Notes: generated from the letters alone by a model not told the origin. A DNA stretch of 17,974 nucleotides from Candidatus Muiribacteriota bacterium (GCA_051747805.1 JBNJGP010000053.1:1-17974), one strand, 5' to 3'. Positions 1-8,926 are shown, numbered from the stretch's first letter. Numbers and translations: made by a program.

Positions 1-38
1 TTGCAAATAAGTCATAAACAAATACTTTTAATGCTCTA

Positions 39-207
39 ACTTGAGCGAAGGTCAAGTAAAGTCGATGTCATCGACAGTAAAGTCAGCTAAAGCTGACAGC
101 AAAAGATTAAAACAAAAATACTGTAAATTTTAATTTACTTTACTGTTATCGTTAGATAACTTTACTATCACCTTTAGGTGATTTTACTAAGCTGAAAGCT
201 TTTTACT
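39..207. repeat. Array of 7 sequence-diverse hairpins separated by a conserved 6-nt linker (AGTAAA left arm / TTTACT right arm)
   Basis: Hairpins: ACTTGA-gcgaagg-TCAAGT (39-57), GTCGATG-t-CATCGAC (61-75), GTCAGCT-aa-AGCTGAC (82-97), GTAAATT-tt-AATTTAC (123-138), GTTATC-gtta-GATAAC (145-160), ATCACCT-tt-AGGTGAT (167-182), AAGCT-gaa-AGCTT (189-201). Linkers: AGTAAA at 55 and 76; AGCAAA at 98; AATACT at 117; TTTACT at 139, 161, 183 and 202. Confidence 0.9.
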
Positions 208-302
208 TTTATGTCGGCCTGACCACTCGCTTTATTTTATTTCGTAATAAATTTTAAGCTCTTGCTCTAATCTGCGCCTTTCTGCTCTCTCCGCTTTTTC
301 AT

Positions 303-361
303 TTCTTACTTCTTACTTCTCACGGCTCCTATCGTCTCACCTCTCACGTCTCACCTCTCAC
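303..361 (+). repeat. Heptamer short tandem repeat (NTCTYAC)
   Basis: TTCTTAC TTCTTAC TTCTCAC (303-323), a 10-nt interruption, then GTCTCAC CTCTCAC GTCTCAC CTCTCAC (334-361). Confidence 0.9.
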
Positions 362-382
362 TAGAACCTCAGGTTCGCTCAC

Positions 383-399
383 TTGGTATGAAAATTGCA
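383..399 (+). promoter_or_regulatory. Sigma-54 (RpoN) -24/-12 promoter for clpB
   Basis: TTGGTATGAAAATTGCA: GG(385-386)-N10-GC(397-398). This closely matches the consensus YTGGCACGNNNNTTGCW and lies about 55 nt upstream of the ATG. Confidence 0.7.
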
Positions 400-442
400 T
401 TATATATTTTAAGAAAGTAAAAATATTTCTATTTAATTAAGA

Positions 443-448
443 AGGAGG
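443..448 (+). promoter_or_regulatory. Shine-Dalgarno site of clpB
   Basis: AGGAGG, 5 nt before ATG 454. Confidence 0.85.
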
Positions 449-453
449 TTTTT

Positions 454-3036
454 ATGAGATTAGATAGATTTACTGTTAAAGCCCAGGAAATTATTGAAAG
501 TGGGCAGAGACTTGCTGATAAAGAAAAACATCAGGGAATTACCCCACTTCATATTTTAAAAGAGGCTCTCAATCAGGAAGAGGGGGTTGCTCAACCTCTG
601 CTTGCAAAAACTGGTGGCAATATTAATGTTATTAAAAAAGAAATTGATGATGAGCTTAAAAAAATTGCCAGAGTAGAGGGGGTTTATGGCCAGCAGTTTA
701 TTTCTCCGGAATTAAAAAGTGTTTTTGATATTTCCTGGGATATTGCTCAGGAATTAAAAGATGAGTTTGTAAGTGTTGACCATATTATTTTAGGAATTTT
801 AAAAGAGGGTCGTTCAAATGCTTCTAAAATACTTAAAAGAAATGGTATTAAAGAAAAAGAGCTTAAAAAGGCTGTTAAAGAGCTAAGAGGTGGTATGCAT
901 GTGAATACTGCAAATGCTGAGGACAGGTATGCTCCTTTGAAAAAATTTGGTAAGGATTTAACAGATATGGCCAGAAAAGGTGAGCTGGACCCAGTTATAG
1001 GCCGGGATGATGAAATTAGACGGGCTATTCAGGTTTTATCTAGAAGAACCAAGAATAATCCGGTTCTTATTGGTGAGCCGGGTGTGGGTAAAACTGCTAT
1101 TGCAGAGGGAATTGCCCAGAGAATTGCCTCAAATGATGTTCCTGAATCCTTGAAAAATAAGTCTATTTTTATGCTGGATATGGGTTCCCTTATTGCTGGT
1201 GCCAAGTTCCGAGGTGAATTCGAGGATAGATTAAAAGCTGTTATTCATGAAGTTGAAAATTCTGACGGCGGGATTGTTATGTTTATTGATGAAATGCATA
1301 CTCTTGTTGGTGCTGGTGCCGCAGAGGGTGCTGTAGATGCTTCTAATATGCTTAAACCTGCTCTTGCCAGAGGAACTTTGAGATGTATTGGTGCTACTAC
1401 TATAAATGAGTTCAGAAAACATATTGAAAAGGATGCTGCTCTCGAAAGAAGGTTTCAGTCAGTGCTTGTTGATGAACCCTCGGTTGAAGATGCTATTTCA
1501 ATTTTAAGGGGATTAAAAGAAAAATATGAGGTTCATCATGGTGTTAGAATTCAGGATTCTGCAATTATATCGGCTGTTGTTCTTTCCCAGAGATATATTT
1601 CTGACAGATTTCTTCCAGATAAGGCAATTGACCTTATGGATGAGGCGGCCTCTCAGCTTAAAATGGAGATTGACTCCCTGCCTGTTGAAATTGATGTTAT
1701 TAAAAGAAGGCTTATGCAGATTGAAATTGAAATTACTGCTTTAAAAAAAGAAAAAGATGAGGCTTCTGAAATCCGACTTAATGAGCTTCAAAAAGAAAAG
1801 GCGGATTTAACTGAAAAACATCAGTCCCTTGAACTTCACTGGAAAAAGGAAAAAGAAGCTATTAACAGGATTCAGCAGATTAAATCTGAGCTGGACAGGT
1901 TAAAAACCGAGGAAGAGCAGGCAGAAAGGAATGCTGATTTTGGCCGGGCGTCAGAAATAAAATATGGACAGGTTCCAAAACTTCATAAAGAGCTTGAAGA
2001 ATTTAATACCCACCTTAAAGAGCTTCAACAGGAAAAGGCTCTTCTTAAAGAAGAAGTTACTGAAGAAGAAATTGCCGGAATTGTTGCGCGCTGGACTGGT
2101 ATTCCTGTTTCAAGACTTATTAAGAGTGAGCAGGATAAGCTTATGAATATGGAGAATAATCTTCATAAAAGGGTTGTTGGACAGGAAGAGGCTATTGTTG
2201 CTGTTTCTAATGCTGTAAGACGTGGCCGTGCTGGTCTTAAAGATAGTGCAAAGCCTATTGGCTCGTTTTTATTTCTTGGTCCGACCGGTGTGGGTAAAAC
2301 AGAGCTGGCAAAAGCTCTTGCCGAGTTTTTATTTGATACTGAAAAAAATATTGTCAGAATTGATATGACTGAATATATGGAAAAACATTCTGTTGCCAGG
2401 TTAATTGGGGCTCCTCCCGGATATGTTGGTTATGATGAGGGGGGATATTTGACTGAGGCTGTTAGAAGAAAACCATATTCGATTGTACTGCTTGATGAAA
2501 TTGAAAAAGCTCATCATGATGTTTTTAATATTCTTTTGCAGATACTTGATGATGGTCGTTTAACTGATGGCAAGGGGAGAACAGTTGATTTTCGTAATAC
2601 TGTGATTATTATGACTTCCAATCTTGGTTCTGATAAAATTATTAATTTTGAGGGTTCCCGAAAAGAGCTGGTTTCGCAGATGAACTCAATTCTTTTGAAA
2701 TATTTCAGACCAGAGTTTTTAAACAGAATTGATGAGAATATTGTTTTTGAAAGTCTTACTCAAAAGCATCTGGCAAAAATTGTTGAAATACAGACAAAGT
2801 ATCTTTCTGATAGATTAAAAGAAAAAGATATTGATGTTGAAATCACAAAAGAGGCAGAAGAACTGCTTGCCAAAAAAGGATTTGATCCTCAATTCGGAGC
2901 CAGACCCCTTAAGAGAGTTATTCAGAGAACTATTGAAAATGAGCTTGCCCAGCTTATAATTTCCGGTAAAATTCTGCCTAAAAATACGGTTAAGATAAAT
3001 GCCGCAGATGACGAAATAGTATTTGAAGTGAAATAA
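454..3036 (+). CDS. clpB: ATP-dependent chaperone/disaggregase ClpB
   Basis: 860 aa. Clp N-domain; NBD1 Walker A GEPGVGKT and Walker B MFIDEMH; pore loop [11 protein letters not shown]; long coiled-coil middle domain; NBD2 [33 protein letters not shown]. No IGF ClpP-docking loop. Confidence 0.98.
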   Translation: MRLDRFTVKAQEIIESGQRLADKEKHQGITPLHILKEALNQEEGVAQPLLAKTGGNINVIKKEIDDELKKIARVEGVYGQQFISPELKSVFDISWDIAQELKDEFVSVDHIILGILKEGRSNASKILKRNGIKEKELKKAVKELRGGMHVNTANAEDRYAPLKKFGKDLTDMARKGELDPVIGRDDEIRRAIQVLSRRTKNNPVLIGEPGVGKTAIAEGIAQRIASNDVPESLKNKSIFMLDMGSLIAGAKFRGEFEDRLKAVIHEVENSDGGIVMFIDEMHTLVGAGAAEGAVDASNMLKPALARGTLRCIGATTINEFRKHIEKDAALERRFQSVLVDEPSVEDAISILRGLKEKYEVHHGVRIQDSAIISAVVLSQRYISDRFLPDKAIDLMDEAASQLKMEIDSLPVEIDVIKRRLMQIEIEITALKKEKDEASEIRLNELQKEKADLTEKHQSLELHWKKEKEAINRIQQIKSELDRLKTEEEQAERNADFGRASEIKYGQVPKLHKELEEFNTHLKELQQEKALLKEEVTEEEIAGIVARWTGIPVSRLIKSEQDKLMNMENNLHKRVVGQEEAIVAVSNAVRRGRAGLKDSAKPIGSFLFLGPTGVGKTELAKALAEFLFDTEKNIVRIDMTEYMEKHSVARLIGAPPGYVGYDEGGYLTEAVRRKPYSIVLLDEIEKAHHDVFNILLQILDDGRLTDGKGRTVDFRNTVIIMTSNLGSDKIINFEGSRKELVSQMNSILLKYFRPEFLNRIDENIVFESLTQKHLAKIVEIQTKYLSDRLKEKDIDVEITKEAEELLAKKGFDPQFGARPLKRVIQRTIENELAQLIISGKILPKNTVKINAADDEIVFEVK

Positions 3037-3063
3037 AGGTTGTGCATATCAGAGTTTAACCTG

Positions 3064-3100
3064 AAAAAGAGGGAAGAGTTTTTCTTCTCTCTTTTTTTTT
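3064..3100 (+). terminator. Intrinsic terminator after clpB (possibly bidirectional)
   Basis: AAAAAGAGGGAAGA-gtttt-TCTTCTCTCTTTTT stem (one G:U pair) running into a T tract. Confidence 0.8.
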
Positions 3101-3118
3101 AAAAAAGGGCGTATCTTT

Positions 3119-3850
3119 ATGAATTTTTTAAGAAAAATTTCTAAAAATATTAAATCTGATTTAATAGTTGAAGATATTATAACCTGCTATAGTGCAGTTT
3201 TTGTTAGAACTTCACTTAAATATGGGTACTGTCATATAGTGCCTCTTTTAAAGCAGAATAATATTTTACACAAAAATCTGCCATTTCCCGGTGATTTTAT
3301 TGGAAAAAAAGTGTGTGATGTTTTAAAAGTCTTTACTGAAATTTCTCATCCGCTCTATAATGCTTTATCTGTAGCCTTAATTGATTCAGTAAGTTTTTCT
3401 GATAAAAAAGTTTATGGAAAACTTCCTGCAGAAATTCTATCTTTTTTAAAAAACAAAAAAATAGTGCTGATTGGAAGATTTAAATTTTATGAGTCCCTTA
3501 AAGAAAAAGGTTTTGATGTTAATGTTGTTGAGCTTAATCCTTTAGAGGGCGAAACTGCATGGCATAATTCAGAGAGTCTCTTAAAAAAAGCTGATATTAC
3601 AATAATTACAGGCTTCACCCTTGTTAATGAAACTATTGACCAGGTTTTAATAAGAGGCAGAAATTCCTGTAAAATTCTGCTTGGTGGGAGTGTTCCTGAA
3701 TTAGATAAAATTCTTGATATGGGGATAGATTATATTGGGTCAACGGAATTTATGAATTATAATAAAGTAATACAATTTTATCAAAAAGGTGCACTTGGAA
3801 TAAAAAGTCTTTCGTCTGATTTAAAAAAACCTTATTTTATTTCTTCATAG
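3119..3850 (+). CDS. DUF364-family (Rossmann-like, putative heavy-metal chelation) protein
   Basis: C-terminal half KIVLIGRF...VVELNP...LLKKADITIITGFTLVNETIDQVL...ILLGGSVP resembles the DUF364 pattern (D..IITG.TLVN.T.D..L...LxGPS.P). Confidence 0.75.
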   Translation: MNFLRKISKNIKSDLIVEDIITCYSAVFVRTSLKYGYCHIVPLLKQNNILHKNLPFPGDFIGKKVCDVLKVFTEISHPLYNALSVALIDSVSFSDKKVYGKLPAEILSFLKNKKIVLIGRFKFYESLKEKGFDVNVVELNPLEGETAWHNSESLLKKADITIITGFTLVNETIDQVLIRGRNSCKILLGGSVPELDKILDMGIDYIGSTEFMNYNKVIQFYQKGALGIKSLSSDLKKPYFISS

Positions 3851-4455
3851 TATTTGTTTTTTTCTGGGCTGGAACACATTTTACATAATGTGTCTTCAGG
3901 GTTTTTTGTTGCAAACGTATTATCGCATTTTCTGCATATTTTTTTTACAGGCATATCAAGTTTATACGGGATATCTTTTATTTTAACCCATTCTTTTGCA
4001 AATATATCAAATTTAACTTTTAAAAATTCTTCTTTTGTGATTTTGTTTAAAGTTTGTCTATCATATTTATCATGGGGTCTGCCACCTGTGAAAAAACCAT
4101 AAAGCATTGGATATTTTTCTTTATCGATTTTTTGAACGTCTACATAAACTCTGAGTGCTTTTTCAGTGTCAAGTCTGCCATAACCTGTATAGGCTACGTT
4201 TCCAAGTCTTTTGTATCTTAAATATTTATTTCCAATTGTACGTTGAAGAATTGCCTGAGGAACATCAACAAAACATCCACCGGTTTCGGCTACTATATGC
4301 AGTTTTCCTTTTACTTCCCCGAGGCTATGAACTAGATACTTTAATAAATAAGTACCGATAAGCATTCCCGGAGCAGGTTTTGTATGAAAGTCATTTGCCT
4401 TTTTTATTATCTGTTCATTTAAATCAAAATCCCAGTTTTTTAATTCTTTACTCAT
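3832..4455 (-). CDS. FmdE-family protein (formylmethanofuran dehydrogenase subunit E-like) with C-terminal zinc finger
   Basis: FHTKPAPGMLIG, ETGGCFVD, TIGN motifs and C-terminal CRKC...CKMC; GGAGGGG RBS upstream. Overlaps the DUF364 gene tail-to-tail by 19 bp. Confidence 0.8.
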   Translation of the reverse strand: MSKELKNWDFDLNEQIIKKANDFHTKPAPGMLIGTYLLKYLVHSLGEVKGKLHIVAETGGCFVDVPQAILQRTIGNKYLRYKRLGNVAYTGYGRLDTEKALRVYVDVQKIDKEKYPMLYGFFTGGRPHDKYDRQTLNKITKEEFLKVKFDIFAKEWVKIKDIPYKLDMPVKKICRKCDNTFATKNPEDTLCKMCSSPEKNKYYEEIK

Positions 4456-4481
4456 ATCCCCTCCGTAATTTTAAGTGTATT

Positions 4482-5669
4482 TTAATTTTTAAATTCCAGT
4501 TGAAATACTGTTTTTTCAGCATCTGAAGTTGTAAGTTTAATATCACCACCGTGTTCGGTCATAATTTTTTTAGAAATTGCAAGACCCAGCCCAGAACCCT
4601 TTATTTTAGTGGTAAAATATGGTTTGAATATTTTTTCTTTTTCATCAACCGGTACTGGTTCACCGTTATTTTCAAATTCTATAAACTGATTTGAGTTTTT
4701 CATAAAAAAACTGACTTTTATCTGTCCCTCTTTTTTATTTTTTATGGCGTCCAGAGCGTTAAGTAAAATATTTAAAAAAACTTGTTTAATTAATACAGGG
4801 TCAGCAGAAATTTCTGAATTTTTTTCAATTTCTCTTATTAAAGTTGTTTCATCGAGTTCATCTTCAAAATTATCAAATGTTTCTGATAATAATTTTTCAA
4901 GGTTACATTTCTGAAAGTTTACTTTAAATGGTCTGGCATAGTTGATGAAGTTTGTAATTATTTTATTTAAGTTTCTAATCTGCTTTTTAATATTAAATAT
5001 ATAGTCTATTTCAGGTTCTTTTTTAATTTTTCTTTCAAGAAGCTCAACAAACATTGAAATTCCTGAAAGGGGATTTTTGAGTTCATGGGCAATACTTGCC
5101 GCCAGTTTCTCATTCTGAGAGTAAACTGCAGGTATTTCTTCTTTTTTATATATTTTTTTAACATATATGACAATAATATAAATAAAAATATTTGTGATTA
5201 TAATTAAGAAAAATATCAACATAGGATTAACAGAGACTTTTGGAATTGGACCCTGGCCGTATAATAAAAATTTTCTGTTGTTTAGATTAACAAATCCTGC
5301 TATATGAAGGGTTCTGTTTTGTTTGAATATGTTTTTTTCGGGATTTTCAAAATTCAGCTTTTTAATATTGTCAAATTTATTATTGTATTTTTCATATTCT
5401 GCGGAGTTTTTTGGAAATAATTCGATTTTTCCAACAGAACCAGAAATAGAAGGGTGCTGTGTTCTATTTGTGTTTGATTTTTGAAAATTTCTTAATCTAG
5501 TAAGAATTTTAGGATTTTCAATTCGTTGTAATCTAATAATAATTGCCCGGCGTGTGTTGAAAAAGTTAGATAAATGTATTGAAAAAACGGTTCCGGCTAT
5601 TAAAAACAGGGCAAGCAAATTTAATATTATAAATAAATTAAGTTCCTGATTTTTTTTATCCACAGCCAT
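4482..5669 (-). CDS. Membrane-bound sensor histidine kinase (NtrB/AtoS-like HisKA + HATPase)
   Basis: Two hydrophobic segments flank an extracytoplasmic region. H-box AHELKNPL, N-box KQVFLNILLNA, F-box IFKPYFTTK, G2 GSGLGLAI. Confidence 0.92.
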   Translation of the reverse strand: MAVDKKNQELNLFIILNLLALFLIAGTVFSIHLSNFFNTRRAIIIRLQRIENPKILTRLRNFQKSNTNRTQHPSISGSVGKIELFPKNSAEYEKYNNKFDNIKKLNFENPEKNIFKQNRTLHIAGFVNLNNRKFLLYGQGPIPKVSVNPMLIFFLIIITNIFIYIIVIYVKKIYKKEEIPAVYSQNEKLAASIAHELKNPLSGISMFVELLERKIKKEPEIDYIFNIKKQIRNLNKIITNFINYARPFKVNFQKCNLEKLLSETFDNFEDELDETTLIREIEKNSEISADPVLIKQVFLNILLNALDAIKNKKEGQIKVSFFMKNSNQFIEFENNGEPVPVDEKEKIFKPYFTTKIKGSGLGLAISKKIMTEHGGDIKLTTSDAEKTVFQLEFKN

Positions 5670-5906
5670 GCTTAAAATATTATCAGAGAAGTTTCATAAA
5701 TACAACTGAGAGGATTTAGAAAAAAAGTTATCCACAGTTATCCACAAGGTGTTAATAATTTTATTCATATATGAATATTGTTATATAAGAATAAGGCGCA
5801 GATGCTCAAATGGTCGATATAATCAATATAAATAAATAAAATCGACAAAAAAACTTTTTCCTCTTTTTTTGTTGGAAATAGCTTTTGAATTAAAAATTGT
5901 GGATAA
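5656..5906. promoter_or_regulatory. DnaA-box cluster
   Basis: Perfect TTATCCACA at 5656-5664, 5728-5736 and 5738-5746; reverse TGTGGATAA at 5898-5906; degenerate boxes TGTTAATAA 5750-5758 and TTATTCATA 5761-5769; AT-rich stretch at about 5817-5842. Confidence 0.8.
5677..5705 (-). promoter_or_regulatory. Putative sigma-70 promoter of the histidine kinase (leaderless-type)
   Basis: Minus strand reads TTGTAT-17 nt-TAATAT with an extended TGn motif. ATG (5669) follows after 7 nt with no SD. Confidence 0.5.
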
Positions 5907-5914
5907 GTTAACAT

Positions 5915-6937
5915 TTAATAAGTGTTTTTTAATACAATAGCGAGATGATTAATAAATTCTGCCATCCAGTCGTACTTTAATGTATCATATGTGTCGGATG
6001 CTTTGTGATAGTTTGGATTTCTTAAAAAGGCGGTGTCAGTAATCATAAAAGCGGGATAGTTCATCTTGTGAAAAGACCAGTGATCAGAAAAATCAACATA
6101 CGGTACAGGTGGTTTTGGAATAAGCATTTCTACTGGAAAATCAGATTCCTTCCTGAAGTTGTTATAGATTTTATTTGTCCAGGAAGCGGAGTGTTTATTT
6201 CCAACAAAAGCTAAAAAATTTCCGCGATTAGGATATAAAAGTCCTAAAAAGGCTGGATAACTTTGTGAAAAAAGGGTGTTATCAAAATATCCTATCATTT
6301 CAAGTATTACAGCGCCTTCAATTTTCAGGTTTCTCTCTTTTGCCCATCTGGTATATACAAGGCTACCCATTTCCTCTGTTTGAAAAAATGGTGGTTCCTC
6401 ATTTACAAATGCTATAAATTTAAAATTATAATCTGATTTATGATTTTTTAGCAGCCGGGCAAGTTCTATCATTCCAGCAACCGCACTTGCATTATCATCT
6501 GCGCCCGGGGAATTAAAAACTGTATCATAATGGGCGCCTATAATAATATTTTTACATTTTCTGTTATCTAAGTCATGCGAGGCTATTATATTTCTTACAG
6601 GAAAGGGGTGACGGTCTGGAAAGGGGTTTTTTACTTTATATTCCTGAAGGTAAATATCGTATCCAAGGGCCGCAAGTTCTTTATGTATATAATTTTCTGC
6701 CTCTATAAGATTTGAATATTTTGTGATATTTCTATCACCGATTTTAGATGAAAGTTCTATAACATGCTTTTTTAACATCATTTCTGATTCCATAAAATCA
6801 CCTTCTGGAGAATGTTTTGAGGTAGGTTTTAAACCGCAGTTTCCGACAAAAAAAGAATAAGCCAAGATAAATGCGATTGCTGTGGTAAAAATTAATCTTT
6901 TAAGAGGTGGTAGTTTAAAAATAAAGTTTTTTAACAT
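5915..6937 (-). CDS. M28-family zinc metallopeptidase (exported or membrane-anchored)
   Basis: GAHYDT, PGADDNASA, FVNEEPP, LEMIG, FSDHWSF and NPNYHKASDT metal-ligand motifs; N-terminal hydrophobic segment. Start overlaps the stop of the upstream kinase. Confidence 0.92.
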   Translation of the reverse strand: MLKNFIFKLPPLKRLIFTTAIAFILAYSFFVGNCGLKPTSKHSPEGDFMESEMMLKKHVIELSSKIGDRNITKYSNLIEAENYIHKELAALGYDIYLQEYKVKNPFPDRHPFPVRNIIASHDLDNRKCKNIIIGAHYDTVFNSPGADDNASAVAGMIELARLLKNHKSDYNFKFIAFVNEEPPFFQTEEMGSLVYTRWAKERNLKIEGAVILEMIGYFDNTLFSQSYPAFLGLLYPNRGNFLAFVGNKHSASWTNKIYNNFRKESDFPVEMLIPKPPVPYVDFSDHWSFHKMNYPAFMITDTAFLRNPNYHKASDTYDTLKYDWMAEFINHLAIVLKNTY

Positions 6938-8823
6938 TGGTTGCTTTTGGTGATTTCTTCAATTTTTTTAAGCAGAACTTCGTGAAATAAAGGCTTTTGT
7001 AAAAAAAAACTCTTTTCTATTTCATTAAGCGAAGAGCTTTCAGTATAAGTTTCTATCGGATACTGTAAAATAAGGAGAGGAGTATTTTTAAAATCTTTAT
7101 TTTCTCTTATTAATGGAATATCCTGTACCTGGCTTATAGTATAGAAATCAATATCAATAATAATAATATCAGTTTTTTTTCTTTTTTGTTTTTTCAGGTG
7201 GTTAAAACAACTTTTAAAAGAATCAAAATCATCTATAAATTCAGTTTTAATATTATATATTGATAAAATTTTTTCTATAATGCTGTTTTGCACTTTATCA
7301 TTTGAAATAATAAGCACCTGTCCGGGCAGCGTTTCTATTTTCAGGCTGGTTTCATTTAAAAATTCAACAGGAATACTGAAATTAAAACAAGTTCCTTTCC
7401 CTACTTGACTTTTAACATTTATTTCACCATTTAATAAGTTAATAAGTTTTTTAACAATTGAAAGGCCAAGTCCCGTTCCGCTGTATCTTCTTTTGATTGA
7501 AGAGTCAACCTGTGAAAAAGAATCAAAAATACTATTTAAATAAGATTTTTTTATTCCTATTCCGGTATCAGAGATTGAAATATTTAATAAACATTTTGTT
7601 GCGTTTTTTTTATCTACAGAAACTTCAATTAAAATATATCCATCGTGGGTGAATTTGATTGCATTTGTTAAAATATTAATAATAATCTGCTGTATTCTGT
7701 CGCGGTCGGCTTTTAAATAAATAAGAGAATGTGGTTCAAATTTAATATATAAATTAAGCTTTTTTTCTCTGAGTTTTAATAATACGACATTTATTGTTTT
7801 TTTAAAAAAAGTTGTCAGATTAAAATTTACAGGCTCCAGCACCATTTTACCAGCCTCAATTTTTGAAAAATCCAGAATATCATTCATTAAATCCAGAAGT
7901 ATATTCGAGGCTTTTAATATTTTATTACAGTATTTTTTCAAGTCTTTATCAAAAACATTTTTTTTAAGAACATGGGTATATCCTGTGATTACACTTAAAG
8001 GAGTTTTAATTTCATGACTGACATTTGCTATAAAATCGGCTTTTGCCTGATTTGCATTTTCAGACATAATTTTTGCCCTTTTGAGTTTTCCCTGAGTATT
8101 TTTTAATTCTGTGATATCAACACCTGTTGATTGAAAGCCTATTACCTCGTCGTCAAGGTTAAAAATCGGAAAATCTGTCCAGGATTGTATTCTTTTTTCG
8201 CCAGAGCTGCTAATAACTTCATGCTCATAACTAATTGGAGTTTTTAATTTTTTGAATTTTTCAAAATTTATTTTTTTAAGGGCTTCCTCTGTTAAAAAAT
8301 CTGTCCATTTATTGCCAATAAGCTCTTCTTCTGATTTATTGAAAAAATCACAATAAGCCTGATTTACAAACGTTATTGTAGTATCTGGGAGCCATCTACA
8401 GATAAGCTCGTTTTGAGTATTAACAATATGTTTATATCTCTGTCGGCTTTCTTTAAGCTTTTCTTCGGACTTTTTAAATTCAGTTATTTCAGAAACGAAT
8501 ATTAAAAATTTATCTATGCAAGTATAATTATCATAAAAACCGCATATTTTTGCCTTAAACCATTTGTTTTTTGAAAACGGGGATTTATACTGTGTATACT
8601 GAGGGTTACCGCTTTTTTTTACTTTATTAAGCTTTTCTATGAAAGTTTTTAATATTTTTCCATCAAAAAGTTGTGAAATATTTTTTTGAATAATTTCTTC
8701 CTCTCTGAAAAATAGTTTGTGTTTATTGTCGCTCCAGACTTTTTCAAAAATAAAATCGCCGTTTAATAAAAAAATTATATCGTCAGAGGAATTTAAAATT
8801 TTATCTAAATAATTGATATTCAT
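6931..8823 (-). CDS. Cytoplasmic PAS-domain hybrid histidine kinase with atypical receiver domain
   Basis: Two PAS-like domains; H-box FIANVSHEIKTPL, N-box RIQQIIINILTNAIKFT, DTGIGI, FDSFSQ, GTGLGLSI; C-terminal receiver-like DIIIID...LQKP. ATG 8823 (Met23 of the ORF track) is preferred over TTG 8889 because a TATAAT lies 7 nt upstream. Confidence 0.9.
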   Translation of the reverse strand: MNINYLDKILNSSDDIIFLLNGDFIFEKVWSDNKHKLFFREEEIIQKNISQLFDGKILKTFIEKLNKVKKSGNPQYTQYKSPFSKNKWFKAKICGFYDNYTCIDKFLIFVSEITEFKKSEEKLKESRQRYKHIVNTQNELICRWLPDTTITFVNQAYCDFFNKSEEELIGNKWTDFLTEEALKKINFEKFKKLKTPISYEHEVISSSGEKRIQSWTDFPIFNLDDEVIGFQSTGVDITELKNTQGKLKRAKIMSENANQAKADFIANVSHEIKTPLSVITGYTHVLKKNVFDKDLKKYCNKILKASNILLDLMNDILDFSKIEAGKMVLEPVNFNLTTFFKKTINVVLLKLREKKLNLYIKFEPHSLIYLKADRDRIQQIIINILTNAIKFTHDGYILIEVSVDKKNATKCLLNISISDTGIGIKKSYLNSIFDSFSQVDSSIKRRYSGTGLGLSIVKKLINLLNGEINVKSQVGKGTCFNFSIPVEFLNETSLKIETLPGQVLIISNDKVQNSIIEKILSIYNIKTEFIDDFDSFKSCFNHLKKQKRKKTDIIIIDIDFYTISQVQDIPLIRENKDFKNTPLLILQYPIETYTESSSLNEIEKSFFLQKPLFHEVLLKKIEEITKSNQC

Positions 8824-8896
8824 TAAATATATTATATAAAAAAAATTTAAAAAATTCCAGTAATCCTGGGTTGGTGAGAGGTATTTCAAAAAAAAA

Positions 8897-8926
8897 TTGA
8901 AAATTTCTCTCTATCTGTAGTATGAT
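8897..8926 (+). promoter_or_regulatory. Putative sigma-70 promoter for the DUF1007/transporter pair (leaderless-type)
   Basis: TTGAAA (8897-8902)-18 nt-TATGAT (8921-8926). ATG 8933 follows after 6 nt with no SD. Confidence 0.55.

Noticed and set aside
40..66. HspR HAIR-like (CTTGAGC…GGTCAAG) or CtsR-like (GGTCAAG-TAA-AGTCGAT) operator for clpB
   Set aside because: Wrong spacing or several mismatches, about 390 bp from the gene, and better explained as part of the hairpin array.
39..207. CRISPR array interpretation of the periodic region
   Set aside because: The conserved unit is only 6 nt, the variable parts are themselves short palindromes, orientation flips midway, and no cas genes are in the window.
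1231..2146. Short ORFs 1231-1422(-), 1526-1744(+), 1964-2146(+)
   Set aside because: Shadow or alternate-frame ORFs inside clpB with no recognisable motifs.
3854..4361. ORFs 3854-4102(+) and 4155-4361(+)
   Set aside because: Antisense shadows of the fmdE-like gene.
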